Shown in pieces: positions 51,132 to 64,000 of a DNA stretch of 64,000 nucleotides. Under the pieces are notes generated by a model that was given only the letters and a program-made list of their open reading frames with translations, made no database searches and was not told the origin of the DNA. Position numbers and translations under genes: made by a program. Each line of letters opens with the position of its first letter. The first letter of the stretch is position 1. Source of the stretch: Cyanophora paradoxa CCMP329 (taxonomy: Eukaryota > Plantae > Glaucophyta); contig QPMI01000258.1 in assembly GCA_004431415.1 (NCBI GenBank), positions 52,598 to 116,597 on the forward strand, given 5' to 3'.

Positions 51132-51407
51132 GGGCCCGGCCCCGGCCCCGGCGCGGCCCAGCGCCCCGCCCCTGTACAATTCCCACCGGCCAGCCGTGTA
51201 GACTAGCCGCTCCCCATGTGTTACCCTGCATGTACAACCACACACGAATTCGAACCGATCGCATTGCCCAGTGTGTGCATGCGCATCGTGCATGTGGCAT
51301 GCATGGGTCCTATTCGAATTGTGCAGAAACAACAGAACTACGAAGACAGCGGTATATGCAGCGGTTACTTACGGGCGGGGCTTCGAGCGTCAATCGCGAT
51401 CGCGGGG

Positions 51408-54400
51408 TCAGAGGTCGGCGCGGAAGGCGCAGTCGAAGTCGGCCTCCGCCGCGTCCTCAGCGAGCGCCCCGCACTCTTCCTCCTCCAGCGCCCCCAGCTG
51501 CGCACCCGCCCCCGCCGCCGCTCGCTCCGGCGCGGGGCGGCGAGGGCGGGGCGGGGCCGCGCACCGGCAGGCCGCCGGCCTCGCACGACTCGACGAGGGC
51601 GTAGCGCGTCTCGTACATGTCCTGCCGCGCCCGTCAGGCTGCAGTCATTCTGAGCGCGCTGGGGGAAGGCGCGCACGAGGTAGCGCGGGGTGGCCGGCAC
51701 GAGGTCGGCCGCGGCCCCGCTGCGCGTGGGGTGAGGGGCGCTGCCGGGGGCGAGTGGCGGGGCGGGGAGAGGCGGGGCGGACGGGGCGAAGGCGGCGGGG
51801 CCGGGGAGGGCGGGGGCGGAGGCGGCGTGGAGGATGCCGTCGGCGTCGAGGGCCTCGTCGAGGACCTGCAGGGCCCCCGCCTCCAGCTGGAAGACCGGGT
51901 AGCTCGCCGGCTCCGCCGACAGGTGCTTGATCCGCACCACGCCTGCACCCCCCCGCCCCGCACGCTCGCAGGAGGAGGCGGGCGGGGCGGGGCGGGGCCG
52001 CACGGGTGCCGGAGCTGTGGTCGCCGAAGGAGAAGAAGGGGCGCGACTGGATGACGACCGGCGTGCACGTCGCCGCCTCGTGCACCTGCGCGGGGCCGGC
52101 CGCGTCGGCGCTGGCCGGACGCGGCGGGGGGGGCGGGGCGGGCGGACGGGGGCCGGGGTGCAGGCGGGCTGGGCCGGGGTGCAGACGGGCTCGCGGGGCA
52201 CGCAGGTCTGGGCAGCCTCCACGCGGCACGTCGGCCCGCACCCGTCGCCGCCGGCCCCGTTCCCGTCGTCGCCTGCCGCCCCGCGAGAATGAGAGGCGCT
52301 GCCTCGCCGCTCGCGGGGCGGCGCAGGCGGGAGGGGACAGGCGCCGCGCACACTCCTCGCCCCCGTTGCGGACGCCGTCGCCTGCGAAAGCGCGCGCCGG
52401 CGGGTCAGGGGCGGGGGCCCCGCGCCGTGCGGGGGGGCGCACCGCAGAAGGGGAGGCGGTGGCAGTCGTCGCCGCAGCGGCCGCCGCGGCTCCCGTTCGC
52501 CGGCTCCCCCTCGTCGCACTCCTCCCCCGTGTCCAGGATCTGGCAGCCGGCGCCGCCTCTCAGGCGGCGGGGCGGGGCGGGGCGGGGCGGGCGGGGCGGG
52601 CGGGGCGGACGGCGTTGCCGCAGGCGGGGATGTAGATGGAGCGGCAGTCGAAGGTGCAGGTGGAGCCGGCGGCGCCGTTCTTCTCCGCGCCGGCGTCGCA
52701 CGCCTCGCCGGCGTCCACCACCCCGTTCCCGCACCGCGCCACGTAGTCCGCCGCGCACTCGCTGCTGCACCCGCTGCGCCCCAGACGCGCCCCGTCAGCA
52801 CGCGCGCTCGAGCGAGTCGACAGGGTCCCGCCGGCACCTGTTCGGGACGCCGTTCGAGGGGCCCAGGTCGCAGTCCTGCCGGCCGGCGGTTGGGGGGATC
52901 AGGGCGGGGGCCCGGGCGGGGCCGCGCGGGGCGGGGGCAGGGGCGCGCCTCGCCCTCATCGACGACGCCGTTGCCGCAGTGGCCGACGTAGACGACGCGG
53001 CACGACGCCGAGCAGCTCGACCCGTGCGCCCCGTTCGCCGCCCCCAGGTCGCACCTGCGCCCCGCCGTCAGATCCGTATGCAACGGAGGAGCGAGCCGGC
53101 GCGAGGGCGCCGCACTCTTCGCCGCCCGTGCGGGTGCCGTCCCCTGCAGGGCCGTCGGTCAGTCGGGTCGGCCAGGCGGGGCCTGCTCCGCGGACGGCTC
53201 GGCACGAACCGCAGAAGGGGGCGACGCGGCACTCTGCGGAGCAGTGGCTCGTGGGCCGCCCGTTGAGCTCCCCCGAGTCGCACTCCTGCGGCCCGAGAGG
53301 GCGGGTCAGGGCTCAGAGGCGGCGCGCGCGCGGGCCGGCGCCGCCGGGCGACCTCGCTGCCGTTCAGCTTGCCGTCGCCGCCTGCCCCGCTCGTCAGCCG
53401 GCTCGAGCCGGGGCGGGGCGAAGGGCGCTCGTGGCTCACAGTAGGGGAGGCGGGAGCAGGTCTCCGAGCAGTGCGAGTTGGGGGCTCCGTTCTTCGGCCC
53501 CTCGTCGCTGCGGGGAGGCAGCCGGCGTGAGCGCTCCCCAGGTGACGCGAAGCGCAGCCGCGGGCAGGCGCGCGGAGCCGCACCAGAACTCGCCGTGGTC
53601 CAGCACTCCGTTCCCGCACTGCGGCACGTACGCCTGCCGGGCCAAGGGCGCCACGTCAGCCGACCGGCGGGGGCGGCGGCAGAGAGCGGGGCGGGGCGGG
53701 CCTTGTGGCAGTCGATGGCGCAGCCGGAGGAGGGCGCGCCGTTCTCGTCGCCCTTGTCGCACCTGCCGGGCCGGCTCGCGTCGGCCGGGGCGGGGGGAGC
53801 GCCGGCGCACGGGGCGCACTCCTCGCGGCCGTTTCGGATGCCGTCCCCGCCTGCCGCGGCCCTCAGCGACAGGAAGAGGAGGCGAGAGAGCGGGGGCGGG
53901 AGGGGCGGACAGTGGGGCGCCACCGTGCAGTCGGCGGTGCAGTGCGAGGGGCTCGCCGCCGTCCCGTTGAGCGCCCCGTCGTCGCCTGCCGCGCCCGTCA
54001 GCCGCCGGCGAGCGTCCCCGCGCCCTTCCCCTCGCCCTCCCGCTCACACTTCTCGGAGCCCGTCTTCAGCCCGTCGCCGCCTGCGCCGGCCCCGCGTGAG
54101 CGGGCGGCGCAGAAGAGGGGCCGGCGGGCCGGCGGGGGCGGACAGTAGCGCTCGAAGCGGCAGGCGGCGGAGCAGTGGCTCTCCGAGGCATCCGTCCCGT
54201 TGGCCGCCCCGTCGTCGCCTGCCCGCGCCCCGCGCTGTGAGCAGCTGCCGGCGCCGCGCTGGGGGAGGCGGCGCGTACACTCCTCGCCCTCCCCGAGGGC
54301 CCCGTCGCCGCAGTGCGGCATCACCGCGCACTCGGCGCTGCAGTGCGACGGGTTCTCCTCCGCGTCCCGGCTCCCGTTCTCGTGCCCCTCGTCGCACTCC

Positions 54401-55830
54401 TCCCCCTCCTCCACCCGCCCGTTCCTGCCCGTCCCCTCGAGCTGAGCTGGGCGGCCCGCCGGCGACCGAAACAGGCGGGGCCGGCGGGGCGCACCCGCAG
54501 GTCGGCTCGGGGGTGCACTCCTTGGTGCAGCCGGAGCCCTCCTCGCCGTTCTTCGCGCCGGCGTCGCTGCGCGCGGGGATCAGACACGCGGCCTCGGGCC
54601 GGCCACACACGCGCGCACCACTCCTCTCCCGCCGACACGATCTGCTCGCGAGGGTCAGCGCGCGGGGCGGAGGGGCGGGCGGGGCGGGGCGGGGCGGGGA
54701 CGGGCGGGGCGCGGACCTCGTCACCGCACCAGAGCTCGCGGGTGCAGTCGTGGCGGCAGTGCGACTCGGGGGTCGAGTTGTGCTCCCCGTCGTCGCAGTT
54801 CTCGCTCCCCTCCACGATCCCGTTCCCGCACACCGCGTTGCTCGGCTTGTTGATCACGCACCGGCCCGTGCGGCACTCCGTCTGCTCCACCGGCACCGAG
54901 AGCGCCGGCGCCGCCGAGGTGATGAGCGCCCCCTCCGGCCCCGACGAGACGGCGAGCGCGGGGAGCGGCATCGGCAGGTCGGGCGCCGCGCCGTTCGCCG
55001 CCGCCTGCGCCGTCGAGCCGCTGACCGAGTACGAGGCCCAGCCGCCGCTGTACTTGGAGACCACCGGGGTGAACGCCGTCGTGTACGCGCTGCGCTGCCG
55101 CGTCGGGGGCGGTGGCCAACGCGCGCGGGCGGGTGCGGAGGGCGCGAGGGCACCTGCCGCTGTAAACCGGCGGGCCGCTATAAAGGTCCGTCTCCTCGGG
55201 GAGGGGCGAGGGGGGCGGGGAGATGGAGACGCGGGCCGCCTCGACGGGCGTCGGTGAGGGCGGAGGAGATATAGTAACGCGGAACTGCGAGGTGCCGAAC
55301 GACGGCATCTCGCAGTCCTCCTCCTCCTCCTCCGCCGCCGGCGCCGGGGCCCTGACTGCCCACGGCAGGCGCATCGGCGGCGGCTTCACAAGCGTCTCGC
55401 TGAGCTTCAGCGCCGCAATCGCCACGTTGGCATCCCCTAGTACGAGCTTCTCGAAGTCGTCCACGGGCTCACCGGACTGCGCGGGGCGGCCGTCAACGAC
55501 TCGCGCAGCAGCCGTCAACGCGTCGGTGCCGCTAGGGGCGAGCGGGGTCGCGCGCGAGGTAGGTAACTCGACAGTATAAGCTGCAAGAAGACAAAGAGCT
55601 AAGTTGCTAGCTCGGCAGAACGGATCAGTGGTTTCTCCGAGAGACGTCGGCGCCGAATCATCGATCCACACCGCGCGGTCGCCGGAGAGTGGGGTGTGTC
55701 ATGTCGGTCTAGTTAGCATTGCCACAGTGATGCCCTTTCGTCCCAGACGCCCCGCGACTGGCTACCCCACAGCCGCCAAACAAACGCACCACCGCGACCA
55801 CCTCGGCGAGCACCGTGGGGACCTCATCCA
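51408..55830 (-). CDS. Putative secreted/surface protein with about 13 Myxococcus-type cysteine-rich repeats (DUF4215-like)
   Basis: Repeated CG(N/D)GxxxxxE(E)CDxGxxNG...SxCSxxC units, e.g. CGNGIVEGSENCDDG, CGNGVVDAGEACDAG, CGDGVRNGGEECDDGN. Start and signal peptide not resolved. Confidence 0.8.
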
Positions 55831-56068
55831 GTCGGTCTTGGTGTCCCCGCATCGTCCCGAGGGGGTGGAGGCTGGTCGCTGCAGCAGCTGGAGAGCTCAC
55901 CGATGCACCGACACCTGCAGGGGGGTAGAGGACCATGCGAGGTTGGGAGGAGGTTGGAGACCACGGGCGGGGCATCGGAGCGCTCGCGTGCGGCTTGTGC
56001 GAACCAGCTGCAGCCCCTAGCGGGGGGTCGCGCAGCTTCTGCATCTTCGGGCAGTTACTTGCCTCGTC

Positions 56069-59000
56069 ATGCGGGGAGCGGTAACCGTCTCGCCTAGCTC
56101 GCCGGGCGCTTCTGTTGGGGAGGTTACGCCGGCGCTGCTTAGCTACCTCCCCGCCGGCATCCTAGCGAGCCCCGCAAGCTTGGAGCAGCTTGGCGCGCTG
56201 TCGCAGGGCGTGAAAGCCTCCAGCACAGTTCATTACGGCGCCGCGTTGCTTATCGATGGTGCGCGCTGCTTGCCGGAGGGCTGCTGCCGCGTCTGACGCG
56301 TCGCGCAGTTAAAGGCTTCTCCTCTCTCGCGCGCACCTTAGTAGCAGCCGATGCAGCGACGAGTAGCGAGAAGCTTACGAAGACTTTGTGTGCATATCTA
56401 AAGCGCGTACTCTGCGCGTTGCACGCGCGCGGCATGGACGTCCTGCTCTTCGCGGTAAGCCTGCCCGCCTGCGGCGACGCGCAAGTGCGGGGCCGGCTTC
56501 GACGCGGCTGGGCCGGCAGGGGGACTCGGTGCTGGCGTTCCTGCGGGCGGCGGACGAGGGGGCGCGGGCGCTGGCGGAGGCGGCGGGGGTGGCGGCGGAG
56601 GCGGCGTTGGAGGTGCGCGGGATCGCCTTCGAGAAGCGCGGACACCGGCTCGTCGCCCACACCGGCCTCGGCGCCGGCGAGCTCCGCCAGGTCCCCTCCC
56701 TCGCCCCGGCCGCCCCAGCCGCCGGGGCGGGGGTGACGGGGGCGGGGGCAGTACCTGCTGCGGGGGGCGGAGGGGCGGAGCCACGGGGTGTACGCGGGGG
56801 AGCTCGTGGCGCAGGTCTGCGAGGCCCAGCGCCGCTCCAGGGACGACCAGGTGCCCCCTCCCCGCGCCCTCTCCCGCCCCGCCCCCCGCGACACCCCGCT
56901 CCGGCAGGTCCTCCTCTCCCCCGCCGCCGCCGCCCTCCTCGCCCCCCGCTGCGGCCCCGGGCCGGCCCCCGACCCCTCCGGCCACCGCCTCCTGCTCTCT
57001 CTCGCCCCCACGGCCGCCCTTCCGCCGCTGGCGCCGGCCGGGGGCGGCAGTGCGAGTGCGGGGCGGTGCTGCCGACGGCGGCGGGCCCCGGGCCGGCGGC
57101 GGCGCTGCAGGGGTACGCGGCGGCAGTGGCGTCGCTGGCCCCGGGCCCCGTCGCCTCGGGCGAGGCCTCCGCCTTCTGGACCAACGAGATCCGTACCGTG
57201 CGCCCGCCCTCCCCACTGTCCCCGCGCCCCTGTGGATCGGCCGGAGCGGGGGCCTTCGAGTTGCCAGCCGGCCTGACGCCGGGGCGGGGCCAGATCTGGC
57301 TGGTCTTCGCCTCGTTCCCGGAGCTGGACGTGGAGCGGGGCGGGGAGGGGGCGCCCCCCGCCCCCGACTCCCTCCACTCCTCCTCGGGCACAGCTGGTGC
57401 CTGCCCCCGCCGGGGCCCTCTGAGGCGCCGGGGGCGGGGGCGTGACGCGGGGCGGGCAGGGGAGCTGGACGGGCGGCTGACGACGCGGCACGCGGCGCGC
57501 TTCGGGCAGGTCGTCCGCTCCCTCCACGCCGTCTGCGCCGAGTTCGGCGGCGGTGCCCCCCGCCCCCGAGCCCCCCTCCCCTCTCGCGCCCTGATGCCCT
57601 CTCGTGTGCCGCGGGGCAGCTGTTACGAAGTGCTGGATCGACGACAAGGGCGCCAGCGCGCTGCTCGCCTTCGGGACGCCGGCGGAGGCGGCCGCCGCGC
57701 GCCCCGGGGCGAGCATCGGGGAGGAGAACCACGCGGAGCGCGCCCTGCGCGCCGCCCTCGCCCTCGCCGCCTGGTTCCAGGCCGCACGCGCACCCCTCGC
57801 CTGCGGCGTGCGCCTCTCGTCCGCCCCGCGTCTGGTGCCTCGGGGGCTTGACGGGTCGGGGCGGGGCGTCAGATCGCGGGAGGCAGGACCTTCCGGGGCA
57901 CCCTCGGGGCGCCCTGCCGCCGCGAATTTGCTCTCATGGGTGGCGCTGTCATCCTCAGCGCGCGCCTCATGAGCGCCGCACGCGCCCTCGCCTCCGGCGG
58001 GGGGGCGTCGCAGCAGATCCTGTGCGACGCGGGGACGGCGGCGGCGGCGGAGGAGCGGGGCCGGCGGCTGCCGTTCCGCCTCGAGGCGATGCCCCCGGTC
58101 GAGTGCAAGGGCTTCGACGCCCCCGTCGCCGTCTTCCGGCCGGCCCCGGAGGCCCCCGACCAGGCCCCCGCCTCGGGGCCGGGCTCGGGGGACGAGGCCC
58201 CCGCGCCGGGCCCGGCTGCGGGGCGCTCGCTGTCGGCGTCGCTGGGGCCGCCGGGGACGCCGGGGCGCGCCGACCCTCGGAGACGACCGCGGGGCGGCCC
58301 TCCGGGCGCACCTCGTGGGGCGGCGGCGCCGAGGGGGCGCCCCCGCCCCAGTTCGGGCGGGAGGCGGAGCTCACCCGCGTCTCCGAGGCGATCGACGCCG
58401 CCTGCGCCGGACGCGGCGCCACCCTCTTCATCGAGGGCGAGCCGGCGCGCCCCGATCTCCCCGCCCCGCCCCGCCCCGCCCTCGCGCGCTCCTCGCTGCT
58501 GAAGGCGGGGCCGGGGCGCAGGGGACTGGGAAGACGGTGTTTGCGGGGGAGGTGCTGCGCGCCTGCGCCGCGCGCCGGGTCGCCGTGCTGCGCACCGAGG
58601 GCGACGGGGCCCGCGAGCCGGCGCCGCTCGCCGCCCTCGCCGCGCTCGTCGCCGGGCTGGCGGACGTGGCGCGGGGCGGGGCGGCCTTCGCGGCGGGCCT
58701 CGCGCAGCGCGGCCTGCTCCCCGAGGAGGACGCTCTCGCCCTCCACGCCCTCCTCTGCCCCCGTCCGCCCCCGCGCCCCCCGCCCCGCCCCTTCTCCCTC
58801 CCCTCCTCTCGTGACGCCGGGCCGCAGCGGAGGTCGAGGCTGTGCCCGTGCGGGGCGGCGTGTCGGGGGCGGGGTCGGACGAGGAGCAGCAGGGGCCGGG
58901 CTCGTACCGCGGGTGCCGCCCGCCCCGCGCCCCGCCCCGCCCCTGCCCTCAGCTGGGGGCAGGTCACGGACGTCGCTGCCGGGGGGCGCCCTCTTCGGGG

Positions 59001-62000
59001 CGGCCCCCGCGGGGCGCGCCGGCGCCATCCTCGCCCGCCTCGTCGGCGCCCTCGAGAGCCGCCCCCCGCCCCGGAGCACCCGCGCCCCGGGGCCCCCGAG
59101 CCGCCGCCCCCCTCGCCCCGCCCCGTCGCCCTCGTCGTTGAGGACGCGGTGCGGCGCCCCGGCTCCCCCCCACTTGCCCCCTCCGTCCCCGCACGCTCAC
59201 CCCCCGGGCCCGCAGCACTGGCTCGACGTGCCCTCTCCCCTCCCTTGTCCCCGCCCCGCGGTTCGAGCTCGCGCTGAGGCGCGGCCGCAGACCTCGTCGT
59301 GGTTCGTGCTGCGGCAGTTGCGGGACGCGTGCCCGCGGCTGCTGCTCGTCCTCACGGCGCGCCCGATGCGGGACCCGCCGCGCGAGTACCTCCTGCTCTC
59401 GGGCTCCCTCCACGGGGACGACGACCTCTCGCCCCCCGCCCTCCTCTCCCCCGCCGCCAGCCTCGCCCCGGGGCCCTCGCCCCTCTCCCGCGCCTCCTCC
59501 GCCGCCGCCGCGCCCTCCCCGCGGGGCTCGGCGGGGGCTGCGCACGGGAAGGAGCGGGAGCAGGCGCTGCGGCGCGCCATCTCGGCCGCCCTCGCCCGCG
59601 CCGCCTCCCACAGCGCCTCCGAGGCCTCCGCCTCCGCCCAGCGCCCCTCCGCCGCCGGGCTCCAGGCGGCGGGCAAGGGGCACGGGGCGCGCTCCCCCGC
59701 CGCCCCCCCGAGCTCTTCCACGTGCGCCTCGGGCCCTGCCCCGCGACGCCGCCGCCGCCCTCTTCACCGTCTGCGCCCCGCCCGCCCGCCCCCGCGCCTG
59801 AGGCCGTCTGAGGGGCGGCTGAGGCGGGGCGCGGGGGCGCAGAGCCTCTCGGAGCGGCTGCAGGCGCGCTGGGCCCCCGGGCGATGGCGGAGGCCGTCAC
59901 CAAAGCCGCCGGCGTCCGTGCGCAGCCGGCCGCCCGCCCTCGCCCTTTTCGCGCGCCGGCGGCGCCCTCTGAGGCGGGGCGCGGGGCAGCGCTCTTCATC
60001 GTGGAGCTGGTGCGGCAGCGGGCGCGGCAGCTGCACGAGGCCGCGCCAGGCGCCCCCGCCCCGCCCCCCTCCGAGCTCGCCAGGCCCCCGCCGCACGCCG
60101 GCCCGCCCGCCTCGGTCTCCTTCTCCATCCCGGACACCATCCAGCAGGCGCTCTCCCCGCCGCCCCGCACCCGCAATCGACCCCGCCGCGCTCTGACGCT
60201 CGCCCCGCGGCAGGTGATCCTGGGGCAGGTGGACCGCCTCAGCGGGGCCGCCAAGGCCGTGCTGAAGATCGGGGCCGTCGTGGGGAGCGGCTTCACGCGC
60301 GCCGCCGTGCAGGCGATCGACCCGACGGGGATGGACCCCGCGCTCGTCTGCTCCGCCCTCCAGGAACTGCGCCGCGCCGGCCTCCTCCGGCCGCTCCGCG
60401 CGGGGCCGGCGGGGCGGGGCGGGGGCGCGGAGGAGTGGCCGGGGCCGGGGACGCCCCTCGGGTTCCCCCACAGCCTCGTCCCCGAGGCCGTCTACGCGAG
60501 CATGACCTCCGTGCCCGCCCCGCCCCCGCCCCGCCCCGCCCCGCCCCGCCCCCGCCCCCGCCCGGCGCGAGACGGTCCCGGGCCCGCCGCAGACGCAGAA
60601 GCGGGAGATCCACCGCGCCTACGCGCGCCTCCTCGAGACGGCCCTCAACGAGCGCACCGGCCGCGGCGCCGCCGCCGCCGCCGCCATCGCCGCCCTCGGC
60701 GGCGCCCGCCCGGGGCCCGCCATCCTCGCGTTCGCCAGCATCCCCACGCGCCCCCGCCCCCGCCGCCCGCCCTGAGGCGCGCGGGCAGGGCGCACTGGAA
60801 GGGGGGGGAGGAGTACGAGCGGGCGCTGGTGTACCTGGAGCGGGCGGCGGAGGGGGCGTACGGGGCGGGGGCGCTGCGGGAGGCGCGCCGCCACCTCTCC
60901 GAGCTCGTCGCCCTCATCGACATGCTGGTCCGTCCCCGAGGTCTGCTTTTCATGGCTCCCCTCCGTTCACGGGGCTCCGCAGGGGGCGGCGGGCCCCGTG
61001 GCGCCCCTGCCCGAGCACCTGCGCCCCGCGGGGGTCGCCCCGCTGCCCCTCGCCCGCTCCCGCTCCGCCTCCTCCGCCCTCCCCTCCACCTCCTCCCTCC
61101 TCCCCTTCGGCACCGCCGCCGACCGCCTCGCCCACTGGCGCCGCGCCCGCTGGTCCGCCCTCCGCGCCTGGGCCTTCGTCGGTGCGCCCCGCCCTGCCCC
61201 GCCCGCCCGTCCGCGCCATCCCCCAGTCCGACGGAGGCGGGGGCAGAGTACCTGGCGGCGGACACCGAAGCGGCCCTCGAGCTCGCGGTCCGCACGCCCG
61301 CCCCGCCCGCCCGCCCGCGCCGCCGGCGCGGGGCGAGGCGGGGGCACGGGCAGGGGCGTGTCTGGAGAGCCTCGGGGAGCGGCCGCCGGCCCCCACGGCC
61401 TCCCCCGTCGCCCTCCTCCGTGCGCCCCGGCCCCCACACCTGCTTCGCCGCGCATCCGACCCGCCCGTCCCCGCAGGCCTCCGCGCTCGCGCGCGAGGCG
61501 CCGCCTCTCGCGTCGCAGCGGCGCCGGCGGGGCGCCCCGGGGCGGCCGACGCGGCGGCGGCAGCGGCGCGCGGGGCCCGCACCGCCGCAGTCGACTGCAT
61601 GACCCTCGTGCATCTGTGAGGCCCCCCCCGCCCCGCCCCGGCCCGCCGCTCCGCGCCGAGGGACGCGGTGCAGGTGCTCGGCGCGGGCGGCGGGGGAGGG
61701 GGGGCGGGGGGAGCGGGATGGCGGGCGATGTCGCTGGCGGCGGCGGTGCGGGGGGCGGGCCTGGCGGAGGACGCGCTCGTCTCCCCGGCCTCCCGCGCCC
61801 GCGCCTTCGCCGCCTTCGCCGCCGCCCTCACCGGTGCCGCCCCAGCCCCCCAGCCCCCGGCCGGCCGCGAGCGAGGGACGCGTTTGGGCAGCGCACGGGG
61901 CGCACAGGGGGGCGGAGCGGGTGCTGGCGCGGGCGCTGGAGCTCGCGCAGGGCGCCGGCGACGACTCGGCCCTCGCCGCGGCCTTTTCCGCCGCCGCCCA

Positions 62001-62897
62001 CCACGCGGGCACCCTCGGCCGGCGCGCCCGCCCCCACCGCGCCCCGCCCGCCCCGCCCCGCCCTTGACGCCGGGGCAGCTTTGAGGAGGCGGAGGCGCTG
62101 CTGGGGGAGGCGCTGGCGTGCGCGGAGCGGGGCGTCGGGGCGCCCGCCCCGGGCGGCATCGCGGCGGCGCGTGCCCTCTGCCTACTCCTCCTCGGCCGCC
62201 TCCCGAGGCCGGCGAGGAGGCCCGCCGCGGCCTCTTCCTCCTCCAGCGCACCGGCGGCGACCCGCGCGCCGCCGCCTCCTGCGCCGCCCTCGCCGCCTTC
62301 GTCCGCCCCCGCGCCGCCTCCTCCTCGGACCGGCGCTTCTCACTCTTCGCAGGCGGCGCTGCTGCAGGGGCGGGAGGAGGAGGCGCGGGGGGCGCTCGCG
62401 GGGCTCTCGCACGAGGAGCGGGCGGCGGCGCGGTGGCGCTGGGGCGCGCCGCTGCGGGGCGACCTGTGCGAGGCGCTCGCCGCCTCGCGGGGGACGCTCG
62501 ACATGGGCCCCGCCTATGCAGTCGCAGCCGACACGCTGCGGCACTGGCGCGAGGCCCGCCGCGAGACCTCCTGGCTCCACGCCTGTCCGCCCCCTCCCCG
62601 CCCTGCCCCGCCCTCGAGCAAGCGGGCCCCTGACGGAGCGGGGGGCGGGACACTGTGACAGTCCTGATCTTCGCGGCGTGCGACCTGCTGCAGCGGCACG
62701 AGGCGGCCTGCCTCGCCCGCTACGGGCCCGTCCCGGTCCGCGCGCCACCCCCCGCCCCCCTCTCTGGGCTTTCAGGCCGCTGAGGCGGGGCGGGGCGGGG
62801 CAGTCGCGGCTGGAGCGGCTGTGCGGGTGCCGCGTGGTCTTTGCGGAGGAGGCGCTGCCCGGGGACGCCGCCGACCGCGCCGGCCTCGAGTGCGAGG

Positions 62898-62932
<35 letters not shown>

Positions 62933-63270
62933 CGCCTCCTCGCCGCCAGCTGCAGGGCCGTCCCGCGCTGGCGCCCCTCCGCGACCTCTTCGGCGCCGCG
63001 CGCGCCCTCCTGCCCCTCGAGCGCCGCGCCGCGCTCCTGCGGCGGGCGGCGGCGGCCTTCCGGGGCGCCGGGCTGCGGGTCTTCGAGGCGGTGGCCCTCG
63101 CGCGGCTCGCCCCGCTCGAGGCGAGCCCCGAGGCGGCGGCGGCGGCGGCCGAGGCGGCGCTGGCGCTGGCGGCGGAGACGGGCCTGCGCATCCCCGCCGT
63201 CGAGAAGCTGCGGGCCGGCATCCGCCGCCAGAGCACCGCCGACGGCAAACCCACCGCCACCTGGGGCTAG
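56069..63270 (+). CDS. ADCY10/soluble adenylyl cyclase-like protein: two class III cyclase domains + STAND NTPase + helical/TPR tail
   Basis: C1 LLID|VKGFS..FA|GDS..HTGLGAG; C2 NEIR..VF..DDKG..LAFG..AERAL..G.V..SARLM; FGREAEL, Walker A IEGEP|GTGKT, Walker B VVEDAHWLD, LVLTARP, IPDTIQ..DRLS..LKIGAVVG, FPHSLV.EAVY. Confidence 0.85.
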
Positions 63271-63349
63271 GCCTGCCCCCCGCTTGCCCTTCCCCGCATG
63301 CGACTTTGGAATGAACGACTCGCATTCGGCATGCACTGGCGCCTGATTG

Positions 63350-64000
63350 AGGCGGGGGCGGTGCTGGGTTTCGGTGGGCAGCCGGGGTGGCCTAGTAGCC
63401 GGGGATGCTCAGGTTGGTGGCGGCGTGCGCGTTCTCGTTGCGCTTGCGCGGCCGCCGCGGCGGCTTCGTGTCCTCCGGCCCCGTTCCCAGCGCCGGCACC
63501 ATTTGCCTGCGCGCACTTCAGCGGGGCCGGGCGGGGCGGCGGAGAGAGGGGTGCGGCGCGCCGGTTGGGGTGCTCCTCGATCCTGTAGGCCGGCTCGTAG
63601 GGGCGGCGGGAGTGCAGGGGCGCGCCGCACGCCAGCCCCTCCACGGGGCAGGGACACGAGGCGAGCGCCCCGCCGGCCGCCTCCTCCAGCTCCCGCACGC
63701 ACCGGTAGCACGTCTCCAGGTGCGCTGCGCCCGCCCCGCCTGAGCCGCGCCCCGCCCCCGGCTCGACGGGGCGGGGGGCGGGGGGGCACCGGCGGGGCAG
63801 TTGAACTGGACGCGGCCCTCGCGCGGGTTGCGCCGCTTGAGCTGCAAGCACCGCCAGCAGTCCAGGATGGTCTTGTTGAGCGGCACCTCCCGGAACGCCT
63901 GCCACCCGCTCAGGCGAGGCGGCGGGGGCGCCGGAGGCGCGGGGCGGGCGCCGCACCCGCTCGACGTGCGTGATGGGGCGGTGGCAGTGGAGGCACGTGG
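63350..64000 (-). CDS. 3' part of a Cys-rich (zinc-finger-like) hypothetical protein, truncated by the window edge
   Basis: Exon peptides CLHCHRPI, LDCWRC..FNCP, CYRC..CPCPVEGLACG flanked by host-type introns. Confidence 0.45.

Noticed and set aside
52200-54840. Regularly spaced repeats that might be a CRISPR array
   Set aside because: They are degenerate protein-coding Cys repeats separated by introns; there are no identical direct repeats or cas genes, and the context is eukaryotic.

Overview
Gene-dense, very GC-rich eukaryotic nuclear DNA with about 22 multi-exon genes split by many short introns (roughly 50-100 nt, many with GC donors). The ORF track is therefore mostly spurious, and genes were rebuilt by stitching recognisable exon peptides. 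Several N-termini resemble Phe-type plastid transit peptides and the alanyl-tRNA synthetase is cyanobacterial-type, which suggests a glaucophyte-like alga such as Cyanophora (inference). Genes in order: DDHD phospholipase A1, condensation-fold acyltransferase, VPS35, plastid zinc-ribbon membrane protein, O-methyltransferase, PIG-A, STN7/STT7-like kinase, senescence/spartin-domain protein, Pol III RPC4, UPF0126/TRIC membrane protein, His-rich mitoferrin, TTC16-like TPR protein, a hypothetical protein, AlaRS, CENATAC/CCDC84, tandem CEP164-like WW protein, two head-to-head dynamins (one with PH and proline-rich domains), a Myxococcus-type Cys-repeat protein, an ADCY10-like cyclase-STAND-TPR protein and a partial gene. 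A lower-GC 3.8-kb DIRS-like tyrosine-recombinase retroelement (RT-RNaseH-MTase plus YR, no visible gag, hairpin terminal inverted repeats, structured 3' region) is inserted at 11617-15396. Gene spans are approximate outer boundaries, and apparent homopolymer frameshifts are probably assembly errors.
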